Shown here: piece by piece, positions 18,217-29,393 of the stretch
How the letters are laid out: the number at the start of each line of letters is the position of its first letter
Position numbering within the stretch: the stretch's first letter is position 1
Origin: Azolla caroliniana
Lineage: Eukaryota > Plantae > Polypodiophyta
Assembly (NCBI GenBank): GCA_043228905.1
Contig: JBHGNT010000010.1
Span: 13,268,001 to 13,332,000 of the forward strand
Reading direction: 5' to 3'
DNA: 64,000 nucleotides
The notes under the pieces: generated by a model
Told to the model about the DNA's origin: nothing
What the model saw: the letters and a program-made list of their open reading frames with translations, nothing else
Databases searched by the model: none
Made by a program: the position numbers and the translations under genes

Positions 18217-20683
18217 TTGTTCTACTCTATTTTATTGTGTACTTGATTCAAACATTCACGTTTACAATATCGATAATGTCTCGGTTCAATTAACATATTT
18301 TGAACAACAACAACTTGATAAAATCTTAAATGATTTTCGTGATGTTTTTTAGAGTGAACTACCAAATGGGTTACCTCCTAAACGTAATATAGACCATCGT
18401 ATAGATATTGTACCTAGCGTTGCACCAATAAGTATACCTCCTTATCGCTTAAGTCGATCCAAAGAGGATGAGGTATCTAAGCAACTCAAAGACAATTTAC
18501 GAATGGGTTATATATGTTATCGTAAATCTCCATGGGGTGCACCACTTCTCTTGGTTAAAAAGAAAGAGGGCACATGGTGTATGTGTATTAATTACCGACA
18601 CTTGAATAAAGTGAGATCAAGAATTCGTATCCATTGCCCCGGGCTGACAATCTAATTGACCGTCTCCATGGAGCTCAGTATTTTACGAAACTTGATCTCC
18701 ATACTGGCTACCATCAAATTTGTATGATTGAGGACGATGTTCCTAAAACGACATTTCGTACGTGCTATGGCCATTATGAGTTTTTGGTTATGCCTTTTGG
18801 TTTGACCAATGCTCTGGCTACATTTCAACAAGAAATGAATGACATTTTCCAAGAACAACTTGGAAAATTTGTCATTATTTTCTTATTTTAGTTTATAGCC
18901 GTACATTATAAGGACATGCTAAACATGTCTGCTTTGTTTTACAAACATTGCGTGACAAACAATTTTATGCAAAGATCTCAAAATGTGAGTTCTTCAAGAA
19001 ATCAATTACTTATCTTGGACATCTCATAACTGAATGAGGAGTTGAAATTGATCCTTTCCGCATCGAGAAAATCAAGCTTTGGTCCACTCTTCGGAATATT
19101 CGAGAAGTTCGATCATTCCTTGGTTTTGTCGGGTTTTTGCGATTGATGACGCCGTTTACTGATCTTCTAAAAGGTCAAACACGTAAGTCTACAAAACCTA
19201 TTGTCTGGAATGCTACACTAGACCTCGCCTTTAAGGAACTCAAGGACCTGGTGTGCAAGGCTCCTTCACTTCTTTTACCTGATCCTTCAAAACCTTTTGA
19301 GGTTGAAACCGATGCAAGCAATTATGCTATAGGTGTTGTCTTATATCAAGATGGTAAACCAATAGCATTCGAGAGTAAAAAACCTAATTCTACTCAATGT
19401 CCGTATACCGTTCAAGAAAAGGAATTATTTGCAGTTATACATGCGCTCAAAACATGACGCCATTATCTTTATGGAAATCGCTTTGTGGTAACTACGGACC
19501 AAGAGTCCTTGAAATATTTTTGTGACCAACAAGACCTGAAAGGTCGTAAGGCATGATGGGGTGATCTCATCGAGGACTTTGATTTTTCCATACGATATCG
19601 TAAAGGTTCCATGAACACTATTGCTGATACATTAAGTTGCATCCGTGAAGTTAACATGCTTAGCTTCACTGAAATAACATCATATCTTTATGATCACCTT
19701 CGAGGAAAGTATCCTGATAACAATTATTTTGCGAAATACTAGGCAAGAGTTGAGTCTGGAACAGACACCACCACATCCTCAAAGGAATCCTTCCACATTG
19801 CTAATGGTCTGCTCTATCGTAATGGGAAGGTTTGTGTTCCAGATTTGCCTGAGGACAAAAAGAGAATTCTTTTTGAATGCCATGATGCACCCTCTACGGG
19901 GCACCCTGGAATACATCGTACACTTGTTCTCATCTCCACTCAATTCTATTGGCCTAAGATGTGTCCTGACATACATAGCTATGTGACTAAATGCCACCAA
20001 TGTCAGGTTAACAAAGCTGAGCGACTTAAAGCCGCAAGACTTTTACATACCTTGGACATTCCCAATAATAAGTGGGAAAGTATATCCACGGATTTTATTG
20101 TTAGCCTTCCTCACACCCAAAAAGGTCATGATGCCATCTGGGTTGTGGTTGACAGACTAACTAAAATGGCCAGATTTATTGCTACGAAAACCACTGTAAC
20201 AGCTCCTGAATTGGCTTACCAATTTGTTGACGAGTTATTTCGTTTTTATGGGTTACTGATGGATATCGTGAGTGATCGAGATCCAAAGTTTACTAGTGAT
20301 TTCTGGACGCAAGTCTTTAAGAAGTTAGAAACTACATTGAGCATGAGCTCCACGGATCATCCTCAATTCGATGGACAGACAGAATGAGTAAATCAAATTA
20401 TTGAGGACATGCTTCGAGCATATGTTGGTACAAAACCAACAAAATGGGATCATTATCTCCCAAATTTGGAGTTTTCTTATAATAGCTCCAAGCATACATC
20501 GACGGGATATAGTCCTTTTATGTTGATGTATGGTTTTCAGCCACGAGCCCCGATTGATGTTAATATACATCATGATGAGTTGCGAAGTACGCAAAAATTT
20601 CTTCAGGATATACAACATATGTTGCATATTGCATGAGATAATATAAAAATAGCTCAAGATATGTTGAAACAACATTTCCATTA
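18217..20683 (+). pseudogene. Gypsy fragment B continued: RT, RNase H, integrase (3'-truncated)
   Basis: [41 protein letters not shown]...CHQCQ, STDFI, IVSDRD, DGQTE; multiple stops. Confidence 0.92.
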
Positions 20684-21544
20684 GGCCAAGTGTGAACTTG
20701 CATGGGGGCCTTGGGTATCGCTATAAATAAGAAGCCTAGCTACCCTCATTTCATCATCTTTTGACTACGTCGAGACTTTGTTTCATGGTGGTTCAACTCT
20801 TGTAGCGAGCGTGCCAGCACCAGGTACGACTTGATGCCACGATGGTGGTATGGGATGCCGATTGAGGCTCGAGTCCATCTCGATCCCTTCGCTCAAGGGT
20901 GGTCGGGTGGATTGACACCCTTCTTTCTCTCTCTCCTTTCTATCTATCTATCTATCTATCTGTCTATCATTCTTTTCTCCATATCATACGCTTACATTAC
21001 ATCATATCTCTAATAGTTGGTTTCAGAGCTCATGTTCTAATGTTTCTTTTGTTGTCTTTTGTCTTCTTGATTGATGGTGATCAATCGATGTGCGGTCGGC
21101 CTTGATCTAGACAACGATCAACAAAGGAACTTTGGTAATCTTTCTTGTTTTTTTTTTCTATTTTTTCTTCTCCCTTCTAATCATGTATATGGTCATATGT
21201 AATTTTTTTTTTCATTAATTCAATGATGTCGTAGTGGTAATTAATTGGTTATATAAAACGTTTACATATGTGCATGAGGTCAATACCTCATTTGACATAT
21301 ATTTAATATGTAATTAGTTGTGTATGCGTAGGAGGTTAATACCTCAATTATGTATTACATTCACAAACATATGCTAATACCTTATCCTATTTCTTTGCTA
21401 GAAATAATCATTAGTTCGTCTCAATCCCTTCGCTTGGGGGTGGTCGGGTGGATCGGCACCCTTCTTTCTCTCTCTCCTTTCTATCTATCTATCTATCATT
21501 CTTTTCTCCTTATCATACGCTTACATTAGATCATATCTCTAATA
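20684..21544 (+). repeat. Rearranged LTR remnants with a tRNA-iMet-type PBS
   Basis: TATAAATA at ~20722; LTR end ...CTCTAATA at 21015 followed by GT-TGGTTTCAGAGC (one mismatch to TGGTATCAGAGC); the last ~130 bp of the LTR recur at ~21415-21544. Confidence 0.65.
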
Positions 21545-23336
21545 AGTGGAGACTCGATCGTGTTGTCCCCGCGTAAAGAACCGAGGAGACGGTTTACGCG
21601 TAAAGAAAAAGGGAAGAAGAAAATGTCGGAATACGATTTCGGCCGTGCTGAGTCAAATAAGAGAGAATATGACTTTGGGTCAATTGAGAAGGAACCTCCA
21701 CGGAAGGGTTCGAAATTGACCGAAAAGGTTGTGAAATCAGGTAATCACGAATTACGCCGATCTACCCGCCTGAATAACCCCGTAAAGAGGTACGGGTATA
21801 ATAGTACATGGCGCATCATTATGCGTACATGACGTGCGTGGCAGAAGTGCGTGAGCCGGAGAGCTACGTAGAAGCGGCGAAAGACGCCAATTGGCGTGCC
21901 GCGATGGAGGAAGAGATGCGTGCTTTAATGGACAATGAGACTTGGGACCTAGTTGACGTACCGAAAGGTGTAAAGCCAATCAGATGTAGATGGGTGTATA
22001 AGGTGAAATACAACACCAACGGCTCGGTCAACCGATATAAGGCCCGTTTGGTTGCGAAAGGCTACGCGTAGAAGCATGATGTAGACTACGACGAGACCTT
22101 CGCACCAGTCGTGATGATGACTACCGTGCAAGTTCTGCTAACCGTAGTTGTGGCGAAGGGGTGGCATCTACATAAGATGTTATAAAGAATGCGTTCCTGC
22201 AAGGTGATTTTGAGGAACTGGTGTACATGGTATAGCCCCCCGGATTTCTATCCGAATAGAACACTTCGGCAGTCTGCCCATTGAAGAAGGCTTTATACGG
22301 CCTTAAGCAAGCCCCGCGAGCTTGGAACGCGAAGATTACGCAACGGTTGCGTAGAATGGAGTTTACAACATCCAAATCAGACTCTTCGTTATTCATTCGG
22401 CAAGGTCGACATGGACCGGTTTGCCTTTTACATTATGTTGATGATTTAGTCATCACTAGTGCTGACCTGGAAGAAATCGGCCGCGTAAAGTCTTCGCTTG
22501 CGGCATCGTTCGAAATGAAGGATCTTGGCGACCTTCATTACTTCCTTGGCATCGAAGTGATCCGTTCCCCCGAAGGCATATTGATCTATCAGCGTCATTA
22601 CGCGCTGTATATGCTCTTCAGGTTCGGGATGACAGATTGTAAGCCCATCTCAACCCCTCTAGATAGAAACATAAAGCTTCGCGGAGATTCAGGAAAGGCG
22701 TGCGACCCGACACAGTTTCGATAGATTGTCGGAAGCCTCATCTACTTGACGATCACTCGGTCGGACCTCATCTATCTGGTCGGAATGATCAGTCAATTTA
22801 TGTCGCAACCCACGACCGAACACCTTTAGTGCACGCAAAGGATATTATGATATGTCAGTGGCACGAAAGACATGGTGTTGGATCGTGCAGACGTAGCCGA
22901 GCAATTAGTCGGCTACACGGATGCCGATTGGGCCGGAAATGCCCACGAATGTCGATCCACATCCGGATATGCATTCTCATTGGGAAGTGTGGCGATCGCG
23001 TGGAGCAGTAAGAAGCAGCCGATAGTAGCATTGTCAAGCATAGAGGCCGAATATTGAGGGTTTAGTGTTGCTACGTGCTAAGTCATTTGGCTAAAATGAC
23101 TATTATGGGATCTGCACATGGAGGTGTCCGATCCAACGACAATCTACTGCGACAACCTCAGCAGCATCCACCTCGCAAAAAACCCTGTATTCCACGCTCA
23201 GACCAAGCACATTGAGGTGCACGACCATTTTGTTCGCGAGCATGTCCTTTCTGGTGAAGTCAAATTGGCATATGTTCCGACGGGTCGGCAGATTGCCAAC
23301 ATCTTCACCAAGCCCCTTGGTCTCGACAAGTTATGA
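21545..23336 (+). pseudogene. Copia element A continued: RT and RNase H
   Basis: [67 protein letters not shown]. Confidence 0.95.
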
Positions 23337-23414
23337 CATTTCTCGGGTGAGCTCGGTTTGCGTCAAATCAACACGCCAAACTTGAGGGGGAGCCAAGAAC
23401 AGGAACATGAGCGT

Positions 23415-24020
23415 TGTCGTGAAGATCCGTCACTACGCGCGGATCGTGAGGCGGAACCGCCGGGGTTCTGGACCGGAAGGATTCAAAGTCGGTACAAGCT
23501 TTGGCGAGAAAGTACTTAAGATAGATTGGGAAAGAGAGAAGTTGAGATTAAACGATTGAGAGAGATTGATTGAACTTTTATCTTTGGATTTAAGAAACAA
23601 GTTACACCATCAATTTGATAACGAATTTCTTCTTCTTAATTTCATAAAAAAAACCCTTTACGAGTAGCTAGCCCACCTCCACTCTTAGTTTAAGTTACCT
23701 TGAACTCTCTATGCTCCACACATAAACACAAAGATAATATCTTTTGCTCCACCTTATATATGATGAGAGCCGTATTTGTCATGCCTATGTGGGATATCTC
23801 ACAATTTTCTCTTTTCCTTTCACAACTTTATACCCTCATATCTTGACATTTAGTTGTCCGTTTCTCGTGTAATAAAGTGCATTCGAAACCTCCATCATTT
23901 TGTACTTAGATATTAAATTTACTTAAAATGTTATCTTCACAATTATTGTACTATGTGATTCATACTCGATTTCGTACGTTTTATGGGATTTTCACACTAT
24001 TGCCGAAAATCTTCACGACA
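23415..24020 (-). mobile_element. Solo LTR (606 bp) of the tRNA-Trp gypsy group
   Basis: 12-bp perfect terminal IR TGTCGTGAAGAT/ATCTTCACGACA; 4-bp TSD GCGT (23411-23414, 24021-24024); shares the CCCCGGYGGTYCCGCC U5 motif with D, C and the TR-GAG element. Confidence 0.88.
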
Positions 24021-24534
24021 GCGTGAAAGGAGCGGTAGTAACTGCGATGCCGAATTGGATGAAGAATTCGATTTCGGGCCGGCTGAAGAAGCTGAAGAAG
24101 AAAATAGGGGCCATAATCGAAAGGAAGAGCTAAAGCGAGCCGAATAAAAGGGAAATACAGCCAAGAAGGGCATAAAGGCCAAGACCAAGACGTGGTCTGA
24201 TGTTGTCAAGGGCTTGAAAACAAAAGACGAATTGGAGATAGCCAATTCAGGCGAAAGAGGAATTGAATCGGAAATGACCGATTTAATCGAAATGTTCGAT
24301 TCGGACATTACGAATCGACTAAGGGCCAAGTGGGGGAAAGGGCAGTGGAAGAGGTGTCAACACCGTGATAGCAAGGGAGCTGAGGAGGGCTGCATGAGCA
24401 GACAAACCGACCGGAAGGGTTGAAGGCCGCGGAATCGAACTAGTCGAGGAGCGCGAGCGAGGCGTGAAGCCAGGAGAGGCCGGAGCGAAGGTCCGGAAAA
24501 GCAGATGGAACCTCAAGTTGAGCTTCAGGGGGAC

Positions 24535-24957
24535 TATTGAGAGACAAGCTCAGTGCATAAACGGGTACATAACCCAGTGCGTAGACTGGGTGCGTAAAAC
24601 CGTATGCAAAATATGGTCGTGGCGGTGTCTAAATCGAGAGGTCATTAGAGTGTTATTCCTCGTAAGGAATAATTTTGGGAGTAAGTGTAGGATGCTCATT
24701 TATGAGCGATCAAGTACTGTAAGTACTTGTGTCAGCCCAATAGTCAGGGCTTGTATAAAAAGGTGCTCACTAAGCAAGAAGCATATAGAGAAAACATACT
24801 GAGAATTATTTTAAATATAGTTTTGTATTTTCTGCTCTCTCTCTCTCTCTCTCTCCCCCTCCCTCCCTCTCTTTCTCTGTGGTTTCTATGTTCTACCGAG
24901 CTATCGTACTATCGAACTGTGTACTCTATGTTCTTATTACGCATACGCTTCCGCACA
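24535..24957 (+). repeat. 3' LTR of copia A, preceded by a PPT and a long 3' UTR
   Basis: PPT-like CAGGGGGAC at ~24526-24534; starts TATTGA (decayed TG), TATAAAA at ~24754, ends TTCCGCACA; integrase of C resumes immediately after. Confidence 0.7.
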
Positions 24958-25912
24958 CGAATTCTTTTACACCGGTTCTTGATCGAAGATGTGATTTTCT
25001 GGTACGAGTGTGTCGGTAAGATCGTGGCCGACTGAGGGGAGCTGGACGCGCTAGAAGCTGAGGAGCTATTTGATTGACTAGGGGTCAAGCTTTCCCTCAC
25101 GACGGCGTACAATCCGGAAGCGAATGGGAAGGTCGAGTGAAGGCATGGGCCTATCGTGAAGGCCATAGTACAAGCATGTGAAGGTCGAGTGGGAAACTCA
25201 TCGATGCTCCTACCTTACGCATTGTGGGCCGACTGAACATGCCGGAAGAACTTATGTTCGGGACAAGCCGATTATGCTGGTGGAGCAGACAATCTCATCA
25301 TGGATGGCAATCGTCTGGACGGAGGGGATGAGCCGAGAAGAGTTGTTGGTGGTGCGGATCTGACAGGTTGAGGGGAGGCCGAAAGATGATGAGCAAGAGA
25401 CAGTGAGAACGGAGGAACAACAAAACCGAGAAGAGTTGTTGGTGGTGCGGATCTGACAGGTTGAGGGGAGGCCGGAAGATGACGAGCAAGAGACAATGAG
25501 AACGGAGGAACAACAAAAGAGGAACAAGGCTCGGTTCGAATGGATGCACTGACTTCGGTCGAGGAAGATCAAGTAAGGCAATAGGGTGCTAGTCTATGAC
25601 ATCAGCCTCGATAATCAGCGTCAGTCGACTCGGAAATTTGCACGACGATGGTTCGGACCATACGTGGTGACGAGCGCAAACGACAATGCAATGTACCACC
25701 TGGCGGAGCTCGATGGGAAGAGGATCGCAGTTCCGGTAGCGGGAAAATGGATCAAGGCATTTAAGAAACGACACGAAGCGGAACCGGATCTGGAGTCGGA
25801 TGAAGACTGGACCGGCGACGGATCGGGAGAGGATGAGTAAAGACCGAGTTGGAATCCCTACTGCTTCTCTACTTGGCACATGCCAGAGGATGTGCGGTTT
25901 GGTGGGGGTGGA
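24958..25912 (+). pseudogene. Gypsy element C: integrase remnant and PPT
   Basis: RFLIEDVI..VGKIVAD, YNPEANGKVE, RWFGPY, homologous to D integrase; internal ~93-bp duplication at ~25334-25517; PPT GGTGGGGGTGGA. Confidence 0.9.
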
Positions 25913-26169
25913 TGTCGTGGGAAATTTCGGCGACAAGAAGCAGAGAGGTCAGATGCGCGTGAATAGGGAGGTGCATTGATGCACACGAAATATGTCTTTA
26001 TAAAATCATATGTAAATAAGTTAGTATTAGTTTAGTGTTGAGGAATACTAGGTAGGAGTGATTCGATAAGTAATTGAAGGGCCACATGAATAGAGAATAA
26101 TAATACCTGAATGGCAGAAATCGAGGGGAAAATCTCTTCCTGAACACAGACGACTTTATGAGTAATGTT

Positions 26170-26244
26170 GTCATGATATGGCAAGATTCGAACCCATGAC
26201 CTTATGTTACATGGGTCGAGCCCTTGCCATTAGACTATATACTG
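26170..26244 (-). promoter_or_regulatory. tRNA-derived Pol III A-box/B-box cassette inside the U3 of the F LTR
   Basis: Minus strand TAGTCTAATGG (A box, 26227-26237) and GGTTCGAATCT (B box, 26184-26194) at tRNA-like spacing. Confidence 0.55.
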
Positions 26245-26466
26245 TAATGTGAAAAATATATTTCATTTATTATTTAACTATAGAAAATTGATGTATATTT
26301 CCATATTTCTCTGGAACATTCTAGAAACTTCACGAGTACTCTTGAAAACACTATAAAAAGAGGCACAAGGCATTATTTCGAACCAAATCGGTTCAACGCC
26401 GGTCTTAAGCCTCACAACTATTCTTGTACTTACTCTTTATATAATATGATATATCTTTTGTTATCA

Positions 26467-26498
<32 letters not shown>

Positions 26499-27165
26499 CT
26501 TCTCTCATACGTTGTCGTGAAGAAAACCGTCCCTTAGTGCAATCGGTGTATAGCGCGCGCGAACCGGCTCTTCACGCGTGCGCGCCCTCTTATGTATATA
26601 ATAAAGGATTAGGTACAAAGGTATATCCTAGGTAGTTAGATTCGGTAGGTAGGAAGTTAATGAGGGAAGTGGCTCCCTTCTGGAAGCTATAAAAGAGAGG
26701 GAGGCGCGGGGAGAAAGGGATCGCGCATTGAGGAGGACGAAGTGCTGTCGGACCGTAACCGAACGCTTCTCCTCTGTTCATTCTCCATCGCTCTTCTCTG
26801 CAGGATTTCGGGAGGCTCGCGCTGCTTCGAGGAATGCCCGCGTGCTTCCGGAAGCACCTCCATCCTATCCCCTTTCGTGCGCAGACGAGCAGGCATCGAC
26901 ATCTGTTCGCCGGCCTGTTCGGTTGTAACCGCTCGCGTGCTTTGTTGTTTTGTGTCATTTGTTAATATACAAACATTTGTGTCTCTCTGTCTCTGTGTCC
27001 ATTCATGTTTTCTGCGTTGACGGGCCGTGTCCCTGTGTTTCTTTGCTCATACGTAACTGGTCGTCTCTCTCTTTCTCTTTCCCCTCCTATCACCTGCTCT
27101 TCGGTTCAAGACCCCGGTGGTCCCGCCTCGTTTCTCCACGCACGCGCGTAGTAACGTGACATATT

Positions 27166-27183
27166 TGGTGAACTCGACGTGAA
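27166..27183 (+). promoter_or_regulatory. PBS complementary to tRNA-Trp
   Basis: TGGTGAACTCGACGTGAA; one mismatch to the complement of the plant tRNA-Trp 3' end as I recall it (TTCACGTCGGGTTCACCA). Confidence 0.85.
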
Positions 27184-27205
27184 CAAGGCGGCAGAGGAGC
27201 AGAAG

Positions 27206-29393
27206 ATGAGGGGGTCGGATCTTGCAGAGGCCATGGCTTCGGCCGTGGAACAGATAGTGAGCGCACGCGAGGGCACCGGCGCCCTTGACAGGGCTATTGA
27301 GGCGATCGTTGGTATGATTGGTCGGTTCAGTGGAAAGGATGCCACGAGTTATTTGGCGTCCTACCAGGCGGAGATGGTGATGAGGGATATTCCGGAAGAG
27401 AGGCGTCTTGCCGGATTCCCTCGAGTGGCGATGCCGGGCATCCATGCGGAGGTGCTCGAGGTCCGGGCGGAGAGCCGGACCTGGGAGGAGTTCGAAGGAC
27501 GGCTCCTGGAGAAATACGGGCTGGATGTCGCGCTTCGACTTTCGAAGCGGGGCTTCATGGAGTGGGTGGAGTCCCCCGACAAAGGAAGAAATGCGTCGGC
27601 ACTCCTCCGGGAGTTTGAGGATCGCTTTGCGCGCCTTTTGGCGCTTGATCGGACCGTTCTAGACACAAGTCGTGTCCTACTGTTTGTCAAATCGGTTGAT
27701 GCACAGGATCGGGACCAAGTGGGCTCCTTACTAGAAACCGAAGACGGGCTGACGGCCGATTGGGCCGCGGTAAAAAGAGTCTACGGCCGTTTTGACAAAC
27801 GGTGGGAGTGGGCTGATACAGGGGCGGGTCCTGTCGCAGCAAGGAAGCTCGAACCGATACCGCAGGCGCGACGGGAAGAGACCCGGGAGTGGCTCGAAAC
27901 CGGTTCGGCTTCGACCGACGTGGTCAGAGGCTCGTTTGGGGGGACAACTTTGGAGGAGTTGACACGGGCGGTAAAGGATATCCAGATCGCCCAAGCTCGG
28001 AGGGAAGGTGGTGAACAGGCTCGTGACCGACGGCCTCCGGCAGGAAATAGGTGCATGTGGTGCGACGAGGTCGGCCACATCCGGAATGACTGCAGGGGCT
28101 TTGCGGAGGCTTTGAGAAGCCGGGTAGTTTACCTATGGGAAGGTCGGGTGCATGCCAGCGATACCCGGAGGGCCCTGAACCGAAACGACGGGCGAGGAGG
28201 AATGAAAAGGCTGATGGAAAGAGGCGGCGGCCCGGCACGCGGAAACCGTCCACTACTCGGCGTCGGCTGGTATTCGGGTCGGTGGCAGCGAGGCCCGAAA
28301 GGAGAGCAAGGCCGGGTTCTGGCCGACGGTGCTGGAAGGCCTCGCCGGTGCCCGACTAAAGAAAGACAAGGCAGACCGCGCGGAGAAGCGGGTCCAGGAG
28401 GTAACCGGGTGGAGTGACCCGGTCGAAGAAAAGACGGGTTTCGTCGAAGCAGCTTGCCAGAACTATGAGGCTCTGGTTGAAGGCAAACGGGTAGGTAAAA
28501 CCGGAGGGGCCGGACATTCACAGAGATACGAAACCTGATTCAGGCCGAAACAGAATGAGGCCGGTGAGACCAGTGCTCGGGATAACCACAAGAAGGGCAG
28601 ATACCGGTTGGGCACGGAGATCGAAAGGACCACGGACCTACGAAAGGTCCTGGAAGAACAAATCCTCGACAACAAGGTGGAACTGTCGTTGCGGGAAGTG
28701 CTCGGAATCGCCAAGAAGGAGTTCCACGACTCCATCATAGACTTGGTGAAGAGGAAGAGGCTGTCGACGGAGACAGAACCGGAAAGGCCGGTGGAGGTGC
28801 GGACGACACACATGGAGGACATGGCGCTGGAAGACAAGTGGGCAGAGAGTCACTACTCGAGGCCACACTGGGCCCGAACGACCACGGAAACCCCGGTCAA
28901 GATCGGAGATGTTCAGGAACCGGTGGTGGCGCTGGTGGACCACGGTTCGGAAATAAACCTGATGTCCATGGACTTCTACAAGAAGGGGAAATGGCCGATC
29001 AACACCAAGCACGGGTGGAAGATACGGGCGGCAACACGCGCCACCGAGGAACTACACGGGGCCTGCCCAAACGTGCGAATCAAGATCGGCGACGTCGAGA
29101 TAGATCAACACTTCTTTGTGCAGGAGACGTCCTCGCACCCGGTCATACTGGGAGAACCGTACATTACGGCAGCGCGGATGGAGACCAAGGTGCTGGACAA
29201 CGGGTCGGCATACGCGAGGGTGAAGAGTCAGGACGTGCGTCATTCGGTCCAGTTCCTGACGGTGCGACCGAACCACGAGCGAAACCGTGAGTCCCTCTGT
29301 GGCGAGAACCGAGAGGATTTTTTGAGAGGGCTGTCAAGGCGTGGGGCCGCGACAGTCCGGACAGTCCGGGAAAACCCCACAAATGTACGATAG
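27206..29393 (+). pseudogene. gag: Element D ORF1: gag plus aspartic protease
   Basis: RFSGKDATSYL, CMWCDEVGHIRNDC knuckle, ALVDHGSEINLM, VILGEPY; frameshift near 28220 and stop at 28536. Confidence 0.9.
29315..29380 (+). promoter_or_regulatory. Putative -1 programmed ribosomal frameshift signal (G GAU UUU plus H-type pseudoknot)
   Basis: Heptamer 29315-29321 in frame with the protease ORF; -1 frame open into RT; stem1 29328-29335/29351-29358, stem2 29341-29346/29375-29380. Confidence 0.7.

Noticed and set aside
23380-23392. TTGAGGGGGAG as the PPT of copia A
   Set aside because: No LTR follows; the PPT/LTR boundary appears ~1.1 kb later at 24526-24535.
26170-26244. Functional tRNA gene
   Set aside because: A and B boxes are present but I cannot fold a convincing acceptor stem and anticodon arm.
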